A stretch of DNA of 64,000 bases from an uncultured Nitrososphaeraceae archaeon (GCA_963837175.1 CAWIMJ010000046.1:32001-96000); one strand, 5' to 3'; shown: positions 44,567 to 56,461, counted from the first letter of the stretch. Numbers and translations: made by a program. The notes: a model not told the origin generated them from the letters alone.

Positions 44567-45691
44567 AGCAGCAAATATTCAAAAATCGGTATAATATGTT
44601 TATCAGAATACATATAGGCTGATGCTGCTGCAATTTTACCTTGAATATAAAGGTCTGGTACTGTTGAGCATAATCTGCAAAGTCAGACTTAATAGAAGTC
44701 TCTATTCTTTCTTACCTTGTTAGTATTGACAGCTTTTTTATTACTATCTAATTATACTTAGTACTACCTTAAAGCTGCTACCAATTGTTACCAATTTTGT
44801 TGCCCTATTACCTCCTTTTTCCAGCTGTTACCAGTGCAGGTATTTTAAATTTTGAGTATCTAAGATTGTTATCTATGTACTAATATTGATGGTGAATTTC
44901 TTTGAAACTAGCTCTCGACATAATATACAATATCCGTTTTTTTCCACAAATTGTTTTGTACTTGTAAATTTCATTATAAAATAACGACACTGATATGATG
45001 CATAGATATTTTATTTTAAAGTTAATCATACTGAACTCTCCAAAGATGTTGTTGCATGAACCATATGTCTGCTCTCTGGGTACACTTCTTACATACCTGG
45101 ATATCAGAATATCATAATTTGAAAGGACATTGTTAGTAGCATGAATTCGATTTTTGTTAGATAATCGATTATTGTAACAGTGAGGTTCTTTTTGCTCAAC
45201 TTAAATGAGAAGATTTGTTTAAAAAATCGTTCTGCCTCACTAAACCATTTGGCCACAATACCGTTCACTCTAAGAAGAGTTCTGTCCAAATTCAAGAATT
45301 AATGATTTATACATTTGAACTTAGGATTGCCATCAGGAGATTTGGTTGTTTATGGGAAACTCGTAAGAGAACAATTCTATACAAGGCTTACTACACAGCA
45401 ATACATCTTATACTCCTTCAGTACATAGAAAATAATTAAGATTGATAGCCGATGTTTGAATCCCTGATTTTCTATATATTTCTACTCCAGACATAGAATC
45501 ATCTATTCATTATTACACAAAAGTGCTAAAAGGTGAATTACACTGGAAAATTCATGCTTATGGAGTTTGAGTAGCATGCATTAAATTGTCAGAAAAAGAT
45601 CCTTTAGTAAATCTATATCAGGATATTTATCTAGTCTCAATCTTAATCTAGCTAGCTGTCCTGATGGAGAGTGTTCAATTAAATTAGTATA

Positions 45692-46816
45692 TTACTTAAC
45701 AAATGGATCAAAAGATGACATAATCAAATTTGCAATTTCTGGTCTCATCAAGTGTTCTGCTGGAATCTCACCAGAGATAACCATTTTTCTCATCTTTGTA
45801 CCACTTAGTTCTTCTCTCAATTCCGGTGTATGCGGACAGTTTCTTTCATTTGCATAGCTCAAACATTTCTTGCAATAGTAAAACGTTGGAAAGAAAAGCG
45901 GTGCAATTCCGAGATCCTGATAATCTTCAAAGATCTCTTGGGCTGCAAAAGGGTGATAATAGTTTCCAACACCTGCATGATCTCTTCCAACTATAAAGTG
46001 TGAACATCCGAAATTCTTTCTCATAATTGCATGATGAATTGCCTCTTTCGGTCCAGCATATCTCATTTCTGTATGAAGAGTTACAAACATAGATCTATTC
46101 TTGGGATAATAATTTTCTATCAATTTCTCATATGCTCCGAGAATTACTTCATCCTTAAAATCGCCAGATTTTTTTTTGCCTATTAATGGATTTATAAATA
46201 ATCCATCATAAATATTCAAGGCTGCCTTCTGCAACATTTCGTGAGCAATATGTGGAATATTTCTTGTCTGAAATCCTACTACAGTTTTCCAACCTCTCTT
46301 CTGAATTTCGGACCTAGTTTCAAAGGGGCTCATTCTATATTTTCTCAAAGGTGATTTTTGTATTCTCTTAATAACATCAATCTTGCCTTCTATAAATAGA
46401 TCTTTCATTCTTATCATATTTGAAACTCCAGGATGTTGTAGGTCATCTGTCTGATAAATTGCTTTTGCTGCAGCAAGTTTATCAAATGAATAAACATTCT
46501 CAACATGAAGAATTCCAAAATTTTCATTACTACTCAAACAAACTTCCCTGGCATCTTTCATCTTTATTGCTGTTTGCTCGTCTACATCCAAGATTATAGG
46601 AATAGTCCATGCTAAACCATTCTTCAAATGACCACATTTTATAATGCTCTGGAAGTCATCCTCACCTACAAATCCCTCCAGGGGGCTGAAGACCCCATCA
46701 GCAATATTTTCAATGTCATTTTGAAGATTATAATTGACATTAATTGAAAACATTCCGTCAATATTTTTTTTAGTAGTAAATCTGTTTATCAATCTGCCTC
46801 CATGAGGAGGTGGCAT
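45692..46816 (-). CDS. sat: Sulfate adenylyltransferase (ATP sulfurylase)
   Basis: PHGGRL, FSPLEGF, FQTRNIPHIAHE, RYAGPKEA, VGRDHAGVG, CKKC Zn motif and SGTKMR; start at 46816 or TTG 46840. Confidence 0.95.
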   Translation of the reverse strand: MPPPHGGRLINRFTTKKNIDGMFSINVNYNLQNDIENIADGVFSPLEGFVGEDDFQSIIKCGHLKNGLAWTIPIILDVDEQTAIKMKDAREVCLSSNENFGILHVENVYSFDKLAAAKAIYQTDDLQHPGVSNMIRMKDLFIEGKIDVIKRIQKSPLRKYRMSPFETRSEIQKRGWKTVVGFQTRNIPHIAHEMLQKAALNIYDGLFINPLIGKKKSGDFKDEVILGAYEKLIENYYPKNRSMFVTLHTEMRYAGPKEAIHHAIMRKNFGCSHFIVGRDHAGVGNYYHPFAAQEIFEDYQDLGIAPLFFPTFYYCKKCLSYANERNCPHTPELREELSGTKMRKMVISGEIPAEHLMRPEIANLIMSSFDPFVK

Positions 46817-46859
46817 ACTAGTGCTACATGCATATCCCAATAATAATTCCCTACTTGTG

Positions 46860-47612
46860 TTATTTTTTAGTGGGATCCCAATGCAGACCGCATTCTTTTT
46901 GTGTCGCATTTTCCCACCACCATCTACCTGCTCGTGGATCTTCCCCAGCATGAATAGCTCTTGTACATGGTTCACAACCTATGCTTGGATAACCACTATC
47001 ATGTAACTTATTATATGGAACATTATTTTTATGAATATAATCCCAGATCATTCCATTAGTCCAGTCTGCTAACGGATTAATCTTAGCAATACTGCCATGT
47101 GAAGAATCAATTTCAAGTTTATTGATATTAGTCCTAGTTATTGCCTGCTCCCTTCTCAGGCCAGTAATCCACCCATCCAGATTACTTAACGCTCTATTAA
47201 GTGGATGTACTTTTCTAATTTCGCAGCAAAGCTTTCGATTTTCAACACTTTCATACATCAAATTCATACCTTTTATTTTGACCATTTCTTCGATTTCTCT
47301 TTGTTCAGGAAAATATACTTCAATTTGTATATCATATTTTTTTCGTATCGCATCCATTACATCATAGGTTTCCTGGTTGAGTCTACCAGTATCCAATGTG
47401 AAAATTCTGGTTTTTTCTTTGTTGATTTTTACCATCATATGTATAATAATTACATCTTCAGCACCAAAACTTGATGCCAAAGCTATCTTCGGTGCATAAG
47501 CATTAATAGCCCATTCCAGGACTTCCATTGCAGATTTGTCCTCCATTTCTTTTGCAATTTTTTTGATCTGCAATTCAGTTGGTTTTAATATATCAACATT
47601 TGTTTCAGACAT
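46860..47612 (-). CDS. cysH: APS/PAPS reductase (Fe-S APS-reductase type)
   Basis: SSFG, DTG, CCEIRK, GLRREQ, YPSIGCEPCT, RAGRW and KECGLH. Confidence 0.95.
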   Translation of the reverse strand: MSETNVDILKPTELQIKKIAKEMEDKSAMEVLEWAINAYAPKIALASSFGAEDVIIIHMMVKINKEKTRIFTLDTGRLNQETYDVMDAIRKKYDIQIEVYFPEQREIEEMVKIKGMNLMYESVENRKLCCEIRKVHPLNRALSNLDGWITGLRREQAITRTNINKLEIDSSHGSIAKINPLADWTNGMIWDYIHKNNVPYNKLHDSGYPSIGCEPCTRAIHAGEDPRAGRWWWENATQKECGLHWDPTKK

Positions 47613-48113
47613 ATTTAATATTCAGAATAATAGAGTTATATTCATTGTCATTATATAGATATGATTTCCATATTTAGATAGTCACTGATTTTAATTGGAG
47701 ACGAGAGTCCAAAGTTTCAATAGATGATGGCATACTATTGGTATAATTCCCAAATCTACAACTTTTTGAGATTAAAGCATAATCATATCATCTCCTTCCT
47801 TCATTCCTCACATAAAGAAAAGGAAAGTATCTTAGAGAAAGAACAAGCCGATACTTTATATAGATAGAACTGAATGTTTACTGATAATGATTACTTTTCA
47901 TGTATAACAAAAATAAATGTAAATTAAAGCAGTTATTATCAACTATTTGGTAATCTATTTCATTGAATATAATAATAGATAAGAGTGATTTGTTAAGTTA
48001 ACACAGGCCTGAAATTTATTATATTATAGATAAAAGTTGTGTTTATTAAATAGTACTTTTCTATATATAATATTAATTAAACGAGGATTTGTGATTGTTA
48101 GGGGAGGTTATGA

Positions 48114-49523
48114 TTGTCCGGGGATTTTTGGGAACTTATAGAGGAATACAGACAGCTAGGTTTTGATCCCCTACGATGGATTCCAACTTGCTCAAATGAG
48201 ATAGACACTTATCTCTTCCAATCTTCATTGAAAAATATCAAGAGAAGCAACATAAAGATAAAACCCAATTGGTTTGATTCTTTCCATTATACAGAAGGCA
48301 AGGGTATTGAACTTACTAGAAGAGTATATAGTTTTGATAACCCAAAAATCGAAAAAGAAGTAGAAATCAAACGGGCACTTTCTATATTTCGCATTCATCT
48401 GAATACTGGTGAAAATTCAACATTATTGTCAAAAGCAATTCAGAGATTTATGAAAAATTTCTATTCGAAAGTATTAGTAAAGAAAGTAACTACTTCTTTA
48501 ACAGCATATCCTGACGCTCAATTTGCGCTTCTGGACTACATAGAATTACACAGAGGTGACAAGGTAGGATACACATCTGCTAATAATTCTGTTACAAATA
48601 TAACTGATCCAACTCATAGTCCAGATTCTGAGATACATAGTAACATCTCGTTGACAGCCGCAATGGAATATCTAAATCTTCTAGGATGTACTTCAGGCTT
48701 TAAAGTATTTCCTGTATATGATGCTCCAAATGAAAATATTTTGGATAAGATTAGAGAAAACCTTGATCGATTTACTTCTCGTTATAACTTAGCAATGGAA
48801 GACTATAGTTCGCTTAAAGTAGGCAAGTTATTCTTCGGTGCGACTGCAATTGCAAATACGCTTAAGGAATTACCTACACGATATAACCAATCGGAAGAAG
48901 GAATGCAAATCGTTCTTTCGAATAAATTGGGTTCAATGACAGCTGTAAGTCTTTACATGTTGACTAAAATGGATCATAACAACATAACTAAATTTGAGCA
49001 AAATGGTATTGGATTAGACGCACTTTCTGCTGCAAAAGATGAGGCAATGAAACGTCTAACTGAACCTCATTTCGCTCTTGGTAAAATAATTTCAACATAC
49101 TGTCCAGATTTTGAAACAGAGTTTGATAAACATGTCCACATAACTGCTGTTCATCCTGTTACAACAGATGGCATATTTGCGGTGGGAAAACTTGCAGAAT
49201 TGACAAATTCCCATATTGTAATTAACAAACTTCCAATGAAGTATGAAGAGGTTGCAAAGTTTGCAACAAGAGAATTTTTGATTGAGAATGCAACTGTATC
49301 TACAAACGGATGTCACCTGATCGTCGCAACAAAGGATGTAACAAATTACATCCTGGAAGAGTTACGGAAATATAATTTTGAACCAACAGTGATTGGATTT
49401 ATATCAAAGAAAGGAGAAGCGAGTGTGGCAATTGGAAATGAGATCAGCGAATATGTGGCTTCCAAAGCTAAACTTGCTAGATTAAATTGTCTAGCTCAAG
49501 CAGAAAGTCAACAGCATGAATAA
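48114..49523 (+). CDS. SelD-related putative sulfur-metabolism protein (PurM/SelD fold), divergent
   Basis: N-terminal EYRQLGFDPLRWIPTCSNEID resembles the archaeal SelD-like GxNPLxxxxGCxVKxD; ITDPT, FPVYDAP, FFGATAIA, VTTDGIF and STNG motifs. Confidence 0.7.
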   Translation: MSGDFWELIEEYRQLGFDPLRWIPTCSNEIDTYLFQSSLKNIKRSNIKIKPNWFDSFHYTEGKGIELTRRVYSFDNPKIEKEVEIKRALSIFRIHLNTGENSTLLSKAIQRFMKNFYSKVLVKKVTTSLTAYPDAQFALLDYIELHRGDKVGYTSANNSVTNITDPTHSPDSEIHSNISLTAAMEYLNLLGCTSGFKVFPVYDAPNENILDKIRENLDRFTSRYNLAMEDYSSLKVGKLFFGATAIANTLKELPTRYNQSEEGMQIVLSNKLGSMTAVSLYMLTKMDHNNITKFEQNGIGLDALSAAKDEAMKRLTEPHFALGKIISTYCPDFETEFDKHVHITAVHPVTTDGIFAVGKLAELTNSHIVINKLPMKYEEVAKFATREFLIENATVSTNGCHLIVATKDVTNYILEELRKYNFEPTVIGFISKKGEASVAIGNEISEYVASKAKLARLNCLAQAESQQHE

Positions 49524-50292
49524 CAAAATCCTTCAACCATTCTGTGCTGTTATTTCTTCAATAGTGATGAGTTGATATCTTTCCAATAATAATTGTCACT
49601 TATTTTTCCTATTTTTTTATAATACTAACTTCAGTCGCTGTTTATTTTAGTCCATACTTTGAGATTGCATTTGGATGTAATATTTTGTCATACTTGAATG
49701 GCATCTCTTATAATAAATAATTTATTGTATATTATGATCACATATTGAAATTCAAATTATTCACAGGAATAAATGCAGTAAAATAAACCAATAGTCAAAT
49801 ACTCGTTTGTGAGAAATTTTTCATCTATCCTATAATATGATGATCCAAACTATAATACTCTAAATTACAATAATATAATTTAAGAGGACATTTGAAAACT
49901 TGAAATTAGAACACAATTCTAATTTCAAGATAATACTACAAAGGATTTTGGTAACAGTCGAGGAGAATAATTCATCAGCATTCGTAGAAATATAAAATAA
50001 CCAGACAACTTAAGTATATAAGTTAAGTTTTATTGAAAGAATCAAAAGGTTCAATAGTAAAAGTCGGAGACAGAAAATAATATTTATCGAGGCTTTAACT
50101 TATCTTAGAATACGCAGCAAAATATCAAAAGAGAAACGATGGTTTTCATAAACGGATTATCAGTACGTTCCCAAAAAATTAACTTACGTTTTACTCTATC
50201 GAATATAAGCATGTAAATCCAATTTGCCTTGTATCACTACAAAGGTAGGCTTTTTATAATATATACATCATCTAAGAAGAATTACTAAGTCA

Positions 50293-51072
50293 TTGCCATC
50301 ATCATCACCGACATCGCAATTTTCCAAACGACAAGTATTACTAGCCATAAGACAGATATTTTTGATAGCCTATATGACTGGAATTTTGTGGCTTCGCAGA
50401 AATCCTATTTCTATGGTTTTTTCTGCAATGAGTCCGTTTTCGCTATTGTTTGTTTTGTTCATAGTGAGCAATGGCGAATACATCGAATTTGCAGTTGCAG
50501 GTAGTCTTGTGATGGCATTAGTCGGTTATGGACTCGCATTGGGACAGGATATTTCATACTACAAGACCGAGTATAAGATTCAGGATGTCTTCGTCGCTTC
50601 ACCGGTTTCTCCCCTTGTTTACATGACAGGCTTGGCATTATCTCAGCTTCTGTTTGGCTTGCCGGCATTGACTGTTCTTACAATCCTTGCAGCGTACTTT
50701 GGAACTTCAATTATATATGTCCCTCTATTGATATCAACAATATTATTAATCTGGGGAACCATGTCGGCAATTGGATTTTTCTTATCATCACATATGCTAC
50801 ATATGCGAAATGCAACACAAGTTATTTCGTTTGTTAATGTATTCCTTGCAGTATTACCTCCTGTCTTTTACTCAATAGAACGTTTACCTCTAGAATTACA
50901 ATATGTTGCTTATCTTGTACCGACCACCCATGCCTCGTTAATGTTGCAATATACTATGGGATTTCCTACACCAAAAGAATGGTCCGTTGCTCTTGGTTTT
51001 GGAGTACAGTTTGCATATCTAATAGGATTTATGGTGCTGGCAAAGACAAAAGCTCTTTGGCGAGAGGCATAA
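50293..51072 (+). CDS. ABC-2 type transporter permease (orphan)
   Basis: Six TM helices, VFVASPVS and PPVFYSIERLP...YLVPTTHA. Confidence 0.85.
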   Translation: MPSSSPTSQFSKRQVLLAIRQIFLIAYMTGILWLRRNPISMVFSAMSPFSLLFVLFIVSNGEYIEFAVAGSLVMALVGYGLALGQDISYYKTEYKIQDVFVASPVSPLVYMTGLALSQLLFGLPALTVLTILAAYFGTSIIYVPLLISTILLIWGTMSAIGFFLSSHMLHMRNATQVISFVNVFLAVLPPVFYSIERLPLELQYVAYLVPTTHASLMLQYTMGFPTPKEWSVALGFGVQFAYLIGFMVLAKTKALWREA

Positions 51073-51963
51073 TATAATAATTTACTAAGATATAGCGGAT
51101 AAGGTTTATTTAAAATGCTGAAGATCAGTTTAGATATTATAAGAAGTGTTAGTGTAGTTTCATAGTAGTCACTTACAAAATTAGTCAAAGAATGTATGTA
51201 TGTGCTTCAAAAAGTATCTTCTCAATTACGAACATCAAAGTCTAAAAAAGATGTTTAATATAGCATCTTTATTGTTGCTGCTGACTATTTTTATTTTCTC
51301 TAATAGCTACTAGTATGTGTCAAATTAAATGTTCAATTGATAGATTCAGATGAGTTGATTAAACTACAACACACATATTGTAAATGTAACTGAGATTAAA
51401 AAGATGAGAATTTATAAAGTAAAAAGACGTGAGAAGATAATCATTACAAAATATACTCTTTTGAAGGTATTCAATTGTACTTGAAAAGGAAAATATTAAT
51501 TACTCGCTAATAGAGAAACTGAGATGATATTATCGAGATTAAGTTTTATTAAATCTATTATAATAAATTACATCATTTAATTGGTAGTTTGTAGTTAGGA
51601 AGAATATTATATTCTGATGTAATACCATCTTTCGCAGGCTATCGATATATTGTTTATGTTACATAAATATATCTTATTAAGGATGGTTGGACGCTATCAA
51701 CCAGGCAAGAAATTAGATGCCAAACATGATGTAAAATATTTGTCATCTAGATATCGAATCATATAGTTAGTAACGTTTTTATAATAAATTGTTACAATTA
51801 AGTGTAGACTTAAATTACTAGAAATAATCTTATTAGAAAGAAACTCATTCTATCTTTATATGATAAAGAATTCTTTATACGGTCCAGAAGACTCTCCTTG
51901 ATGTAGAATATTCCAATACAAAAAGTAAGGCTTATACATAATTATAAAATAAAAATATCATAA

Positions 51964-52281
51964 ATGCAATATCATAAAGCCGCTTTTCTTGGGCAGGAGA
52001 GATCAAGAAAAGCTCAGATGAAGCTATTCGATTATACTGGATTTGCAATGCTGACTTATACTATAAAGCAGGATAAGAAAGGATTTGAACCTGTTGGTGA
52101 AGAAATGTTAGTTGGTAAAATTACTATGGCTGACGAGGCGATGCTATTTATCTGCGATAAAGATGGATATGCAAAGGCACAATCAAAACCTATAACAATA
52201 CAACAAGGCGAGGAAATTTACCAAAAAATGATAAAAGATGGATTTTTAGAATTTATAGGCTCTATCAAGACTGTTTCTTGA
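51964..52281 (+). CDS. Hypothetical protein
   Basis: 105-aa ORF with protein-like composition, convergent with pyrH. Confidence 0.7.
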   Translation: MQYHKAAFLGQERSRKAQMKLFDYTGFAMLTYTIKQDKKGFEPVGEEMLVGKITMADEAMLFICDKDGYAKAQSKPITIQQGEEIYQKMIKDGFLEFIGSIKTVS

Positions 52282-52981
52282 CCATTACGATCTCGGTACC
52301 GACATGATGTGTACCAATGATCGCGTTCTTAATATTAGTTATGTCTGACCGTAAGACTCTAGTAGGTATTTTTGAACGTTCTATAACTTTTAATGCCACA
52401 ATATCCATAAGATCATATGTCCCTGCCATTGAGCTTCCATTCTTAAGAATTTCCATACATTCACTTACTGTAATTTCATTTAATAATTTTGCATTCCTGC
52501 TGATATTCGGATCTAAGTCATAAATACCATCAACATCAGTAGCATTTAGGAATTTTGAGGCCCTTACTTTTTCCGCTATTAATGCTGAGGTAGCGTTAGT
52601 ACTTTGACCTGGATGTAAACCACCCACAATTACTATTTTACCACTTTCTGCTGCTATTGTCACTTCTTCGAGATTTTTTGGAACTTGGGAATACGCCTGT
52701 TCTCCAAGAGCTACTATCAATAATTTTGCATTCAACCTTGACACTTCGATTCCCATAATATCTAAACTCGCTTCATCGGAGCCAAGATAACGTGCAAGAT
52801 TGATATAATGACGTGCAATCTTGCCTCCGCCGGCAATAACTATTGGTTGTACATCAATGCTAATGTCAGTGAGCATTTCAGCATATCTTTTAATAGTACC
52901 TTCGTTTCTTTCTTCGCTAAATATGCTACCACTTAATTTGATGGCTACCCTTTTTCTGATTATTCTATTACTGTTGTTCAT
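52265..52981 (-). CDS. pyrH: Uridylate kinase
   Basis: IKLSGS, GGGKIAR, GGLHPGQSTN, TDVDGIY and AGTYDLMD. Confidence 0.95.
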   Translation of the reverse strand: MNNSNRIIRKRVAIKLSGSIFSEERNEGTIKRYAEMLTDISIDVQPIVIAGGGKIARHYINLARYLGSDEASLDIMGIEVSRLNAKLLIVALGEQAYSQVPKNLEEVTIAAESGKIVIVGGLHPGQSTNATSALIAEKVRASKFLNATDVDGIYDLDPNISRNAKLLNEITVSECMEILKNGSSMAGTYDLMDIVALKVIERSKIPTRVLRSDITNIKNAIIGTHHVGTEIVMVKKQS

Positions 52982-54231
52982 ATGCTTCTCTCCGATAATT
53001 CTTCACCAAGAACCTTTCTAGTAGAGCATTCTACTACATTTCTATTTTCAGCAGTAGTGTATACTCTTAACATATCAAGAAAACCAGTTATAGAATCAAT
53101 AAGTGGAATTTCAGAGATAGGGGTCTCGTAAGCCCGTTCTTTATCAACAAGAAATACTGATCTTATCTCTTTCTTTGTAGGAGTTAGCGGCATTGATGGC
53201 GCTCTTGAAGCATCAACAAAAACAGAACTCTCATCTACTTCTGCAACATCAGCTATCTGTTTGCCAAGATCATGTAGCGCTTGTCTATTCATTTTTCTAT
53301 ATAATTTATCGCGTTTATGTAAAAATTTTTCGTAAACACATTTTAATAGTTTTCTAGATCTATAATCTATTGCTAATTTGACTGCTATTTTATTGCCATT
53401 TTGAAATGAGCAAATGCGTTCAAGAGTTGCTTCATCTGTTAGATCAAGGTAATTTTTCAAAGAGGTATCCGTTAAACCCATCTCTTTGTCAGCTAGTATC
53501 ATAGAATGTAATAACATAACTTCTGCAGATCTTACTGTTTTATGAAAATAGACCGCCTTGAACATTTCATATCTAGAAATCAACATAGATTCAAATGAAT
53601 ATAGCGCGGATCTGTTAATAGCTAAATGTCCATTAGACACTATCTCAAAGGAACTTATCAGCCGGTGATAATCAATCTTACCATACTCTACTCCTGTAAA
53701 GAGTCCATCTCTAGACAAATAATCCATGCTATCCGCAGATAGTCCGCCAGCAATTATCTCATTGAAAAATTTTACATTAGATTCACCAAATGATAACTTG
53801 CATATACCTGATGAATTGTAACCGTATTTTCTTACAATGTCACTAACCTCACTATGAGATATTATCTTCCTTCCCATATCTTCATGGCTTCTCTTGCATC
53901 TTGCCTCCAATACCTCCTCAAATAGATGGGAAAACGGTCCATGACCTATGTCATGAAGCAATGCTGCCAATCGTAACTCCTGAACTAGGTCTTCATTTTC
54001 AAGATATCCTTTGGTAAGAAGAGTTTCTCCTGCATAGCCCGCTACATGCATAGTGCCAAGCGAATGCTCGAATCTAGAATGTTGTGCACTAGGATAAACT
54101 AAATGTGCTCCAGCAAGTTGTCTGATTCTTCTCAAACGCTGAAAAACTGGCGTATCAATAAGTTCTCTCTCCACATCAGAAAATCTGATATAATGATGGA
54201 CTGGATCGGTAATTTCACCGGTAAACTTCAT
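52978..54231 (-). CDS. HD-domain dNTP triphosphohydrolase-like protein (SAMHD1/YwfO-like)
   Basis: DPVH, FQRLRRIRQL, HSRFEHSLG, LLHDIGHGPFSH, DYLSRD and VYFHKTVR. Confidence 0.92.
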   Translation of the reverse strand: MKFTGEITDPVHHYIRFSDVERELIDTPVFQRLRRIRQLAGAHLVYPSAQHSRFEHSLGTMHVAGYAGETLLTKGYLENEDLVQELRLAALLHDIGHGPFSHLFEEVLEARCKRSHEDMGRKIISHSEVSDIVRKYGYNSSGICKLSFGESNVKFFNEIIAGGLSADSMDYLSRDGLFTGVEYGKIDYHRLISSFEIVSNGHLAINRSALYSFESMLISRYEMFKAVYFHKTVRSAEVMLLHSMILADKEMGLTDTSLKNYLDLTDEATLERICSFQNGNKIAVKLAIDYRSRKLLKCVYEKFLHKRDKLYRKMNRQALHDLGKQIADVAEVDESSVFVDASRAPSMPLTPTKKEIRSVFLVDKERAYETPISEIPLIDSITGFLDMLRVYTTAENRNVVECSTRKVLGEELSERSI

Positions 54232-54265
54232 AATTATGGATGGTCATTGTATGTGATAGCAGAAA

Positions 54266-54874
54266 TTAAACTTTAAGATTTTTTCTAACAATTGTCATTA
54301 TATCTTCATGAACTTGATCTTTACTTTTTTCACCATTAATTATCTTCCATTTATATTGTCTTGCAAGTTTGCGATAGTTTTTATGAACATCTGTCAGCAA
54401 TTTCTGATCTTTTTCAAATACATCACGGTTCTCTACTGCTCGTTGATAAGAAGTCTTAGGACTAACTTCAATGACTATAACTATATCTCCTTTTGGTAGA
54501 CCCTTGTCTAAGTTGATGAGCCAGTTAATATTAAGACCATTTGCAATACCATAAACAAGATTTGATTGATAATATCTATTCATTATTAAGATGGTGCCAT
54601 TGTCTATCATACTTTCTATTTCCTTCTTCTTCTCCCACCTATTAGCAGAAAGAAGAAGATGTTTTAGTTCATCAGGATAATCGCGTTTGCCATCTAAAAA
54701 AGCTTGGATCTCTGCTCCAATAGGTGTGGTATAATCAGGAAAATCCAACATTACACAAATTCTTCCAGAAAGTTTGAGAGTATCTAAAAGCAGTCTGGAC
54801 TGTGTTCCTTTGCCAGCTTTGTCTGTTCCCTCTATTACTATAATCTTGCCTTTTTCCAATGCATTGAAATGCAA
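54266..54874 (-). CDS. tmk: Thymidylate kinase
   Basis: IEGTDKAGKGTQ, FPDY, LLSANRWE and NRYYQSNLVYG. Confidence 0.93.
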   Translation of the reverse strand: MHFNALEKGKIIVIEGTDKAGKGTQSRLLLDTLKLSGRICVMLDFPDYTTPIGAEIQAFLDGKRDYPDELKHLLLSANRWEKKKEIESMIDNGTILIMNRYYQSNLVYGIANGLNINWLINLDKGLPKGDIVIVIEVSPKTSYQRAVENRDVFEKDQKLLTDVHKNYRKLARQYKWKIINGEKSKDQVHEDIMTIVRKNLKV

Positions 54875-56014
54875 ATCAAGAATAATAAAAAGATGTTGGG
54901 AGAATTTTTATATTTCAAAACAATTCAAAGATTAATATTTATTAAATCATAATAATAAATTTTAATAATGATTACTAAACTAGTAAATATTAATTCATAA
55001 ATAGTTATCTGTATTTATAAGCACTTGTAATAACTTTTCTATTGTCCACTCTCAATACATATTCTACCATCACAAGAAATTTTACAATCGTTTCTATCAT
55101 AATCTATTTCGCAATTAATATGACATATACAAATGAAGGTAAATAATGAAATTATTTTGTTAGTATAAACATTGTACATGAGATGAGATCTAACTACAGC
55201 ATTATTAATTTTATCCTTATTATATACTACAACTTATAGGACCAACTTTAAAATAGTGGCATCTCGGCATTTCATCTATAACATTTGACTCATGATAGCT
55301 TAAAATCAGGAACCAAAATCGTTTACATTTTTTTGTGCTCTTGTCAATTACCATAACAAATATTCAGCTATATATGCTACAAATATGATAGATTATACGA
55401 TATGAGAATTTATAAAATACCAAAAAAACAATTAGGAATTTCGATGCCATTAATATTCTATGTTAATGTCCTTCGACTCACATTATCTTGTTCGACGAAG
55501 TGACTTCATCTTTACATGATAGCTCTAAAGCGATCAAGCAAAATTACTAAATGCAACGGATCAAAGTCATTCACCTAGAGGTTGCTTGCTTTTTAAGTAG
55601 AGTTGAAGGCATTCTTAAGTAAATAGTGGTCAAGACTAGGCGCTTAATTTACGGAACTTTGAGTTTTAAAAATCTGGAATGTATAAAGCCAAACCACAAT
55701 TGTAAAGTTACAAGATCTCCCTGATCTCTTGATTTTACTTCTTTTTAAAGAAGATTACCTATATAAGTTATACATTAGACAAAATGTTAGTTACGGATGT
55801 ACTTAAATGCGAAATACCAAATCGTGCGTTAACAGTTTGGCACCTAATTCAGTTCGCGAAAATACTGCAATAGATAGCCTGCTTACAAGAGAAGGATCTG
55901 AAGCATAAGATTTCTCTTGGAGTAGAGTGTATAATTTAATCCATAGATTGCTACTTTTAATTTCTATTGTTTTAATGTTGAAGTGTTGTAAATAATTATA
56001 TAATTGCTAGATAT

Positions 56015-56206
56015 TTATTTTCGCTTATTTCTAATTTCTTGCTTTTCCTTCTTGTAAACAACTCTACAATAGTCATGCAAATGAGTAACATCTTCCATTC
56101 TTTCACATTTGCCACATAACCACGAAATATACTCCTTGCAAAAATTACATACAGAAATAGGAATAAGGAATGTTCCACATGCTCTGCAGGATTCTTTATT
56201 AAACAT
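56015..56206 (-). CDS. Small multi-Cys zinc-finger protein
   Basis: CRAC...CNFC...CGKC...HLHDYC. Confidence 0.7.
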   Translation of the reverse strand: MFNKESCRACGTFLIPISVCNFCKEYISWLCGKCERMEDVTHLHDYCRVVYKKEKQEIRNKRK

Positions 56207-56461
56207 TTTATACTACTCCATTTTATTTTGATTTATTGTAATTGATATCTTTGGGAACATAAACATTAATATCAATACATAGATATCTTTCAACACGCAA
56301 GTATAAAGTTTTAATCTTTCTTATATAACAAAGTAACTCACTTATCAGGAAACATACATCCATATATATCCTATAGATAACTTAATTTTTAGATCACTTT
56401 ATTATAGTCAGAAAATACTCAAATCTCTTTTGAGTATTTATAAAACTACATCATATGTATT

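Noticed and set aside
46817-46975. N-terminal extension of sat in the ORF track
   Set aside because: It overlaps the conserved cysH C-terminus; Sat homology begins at MPPPHGG.
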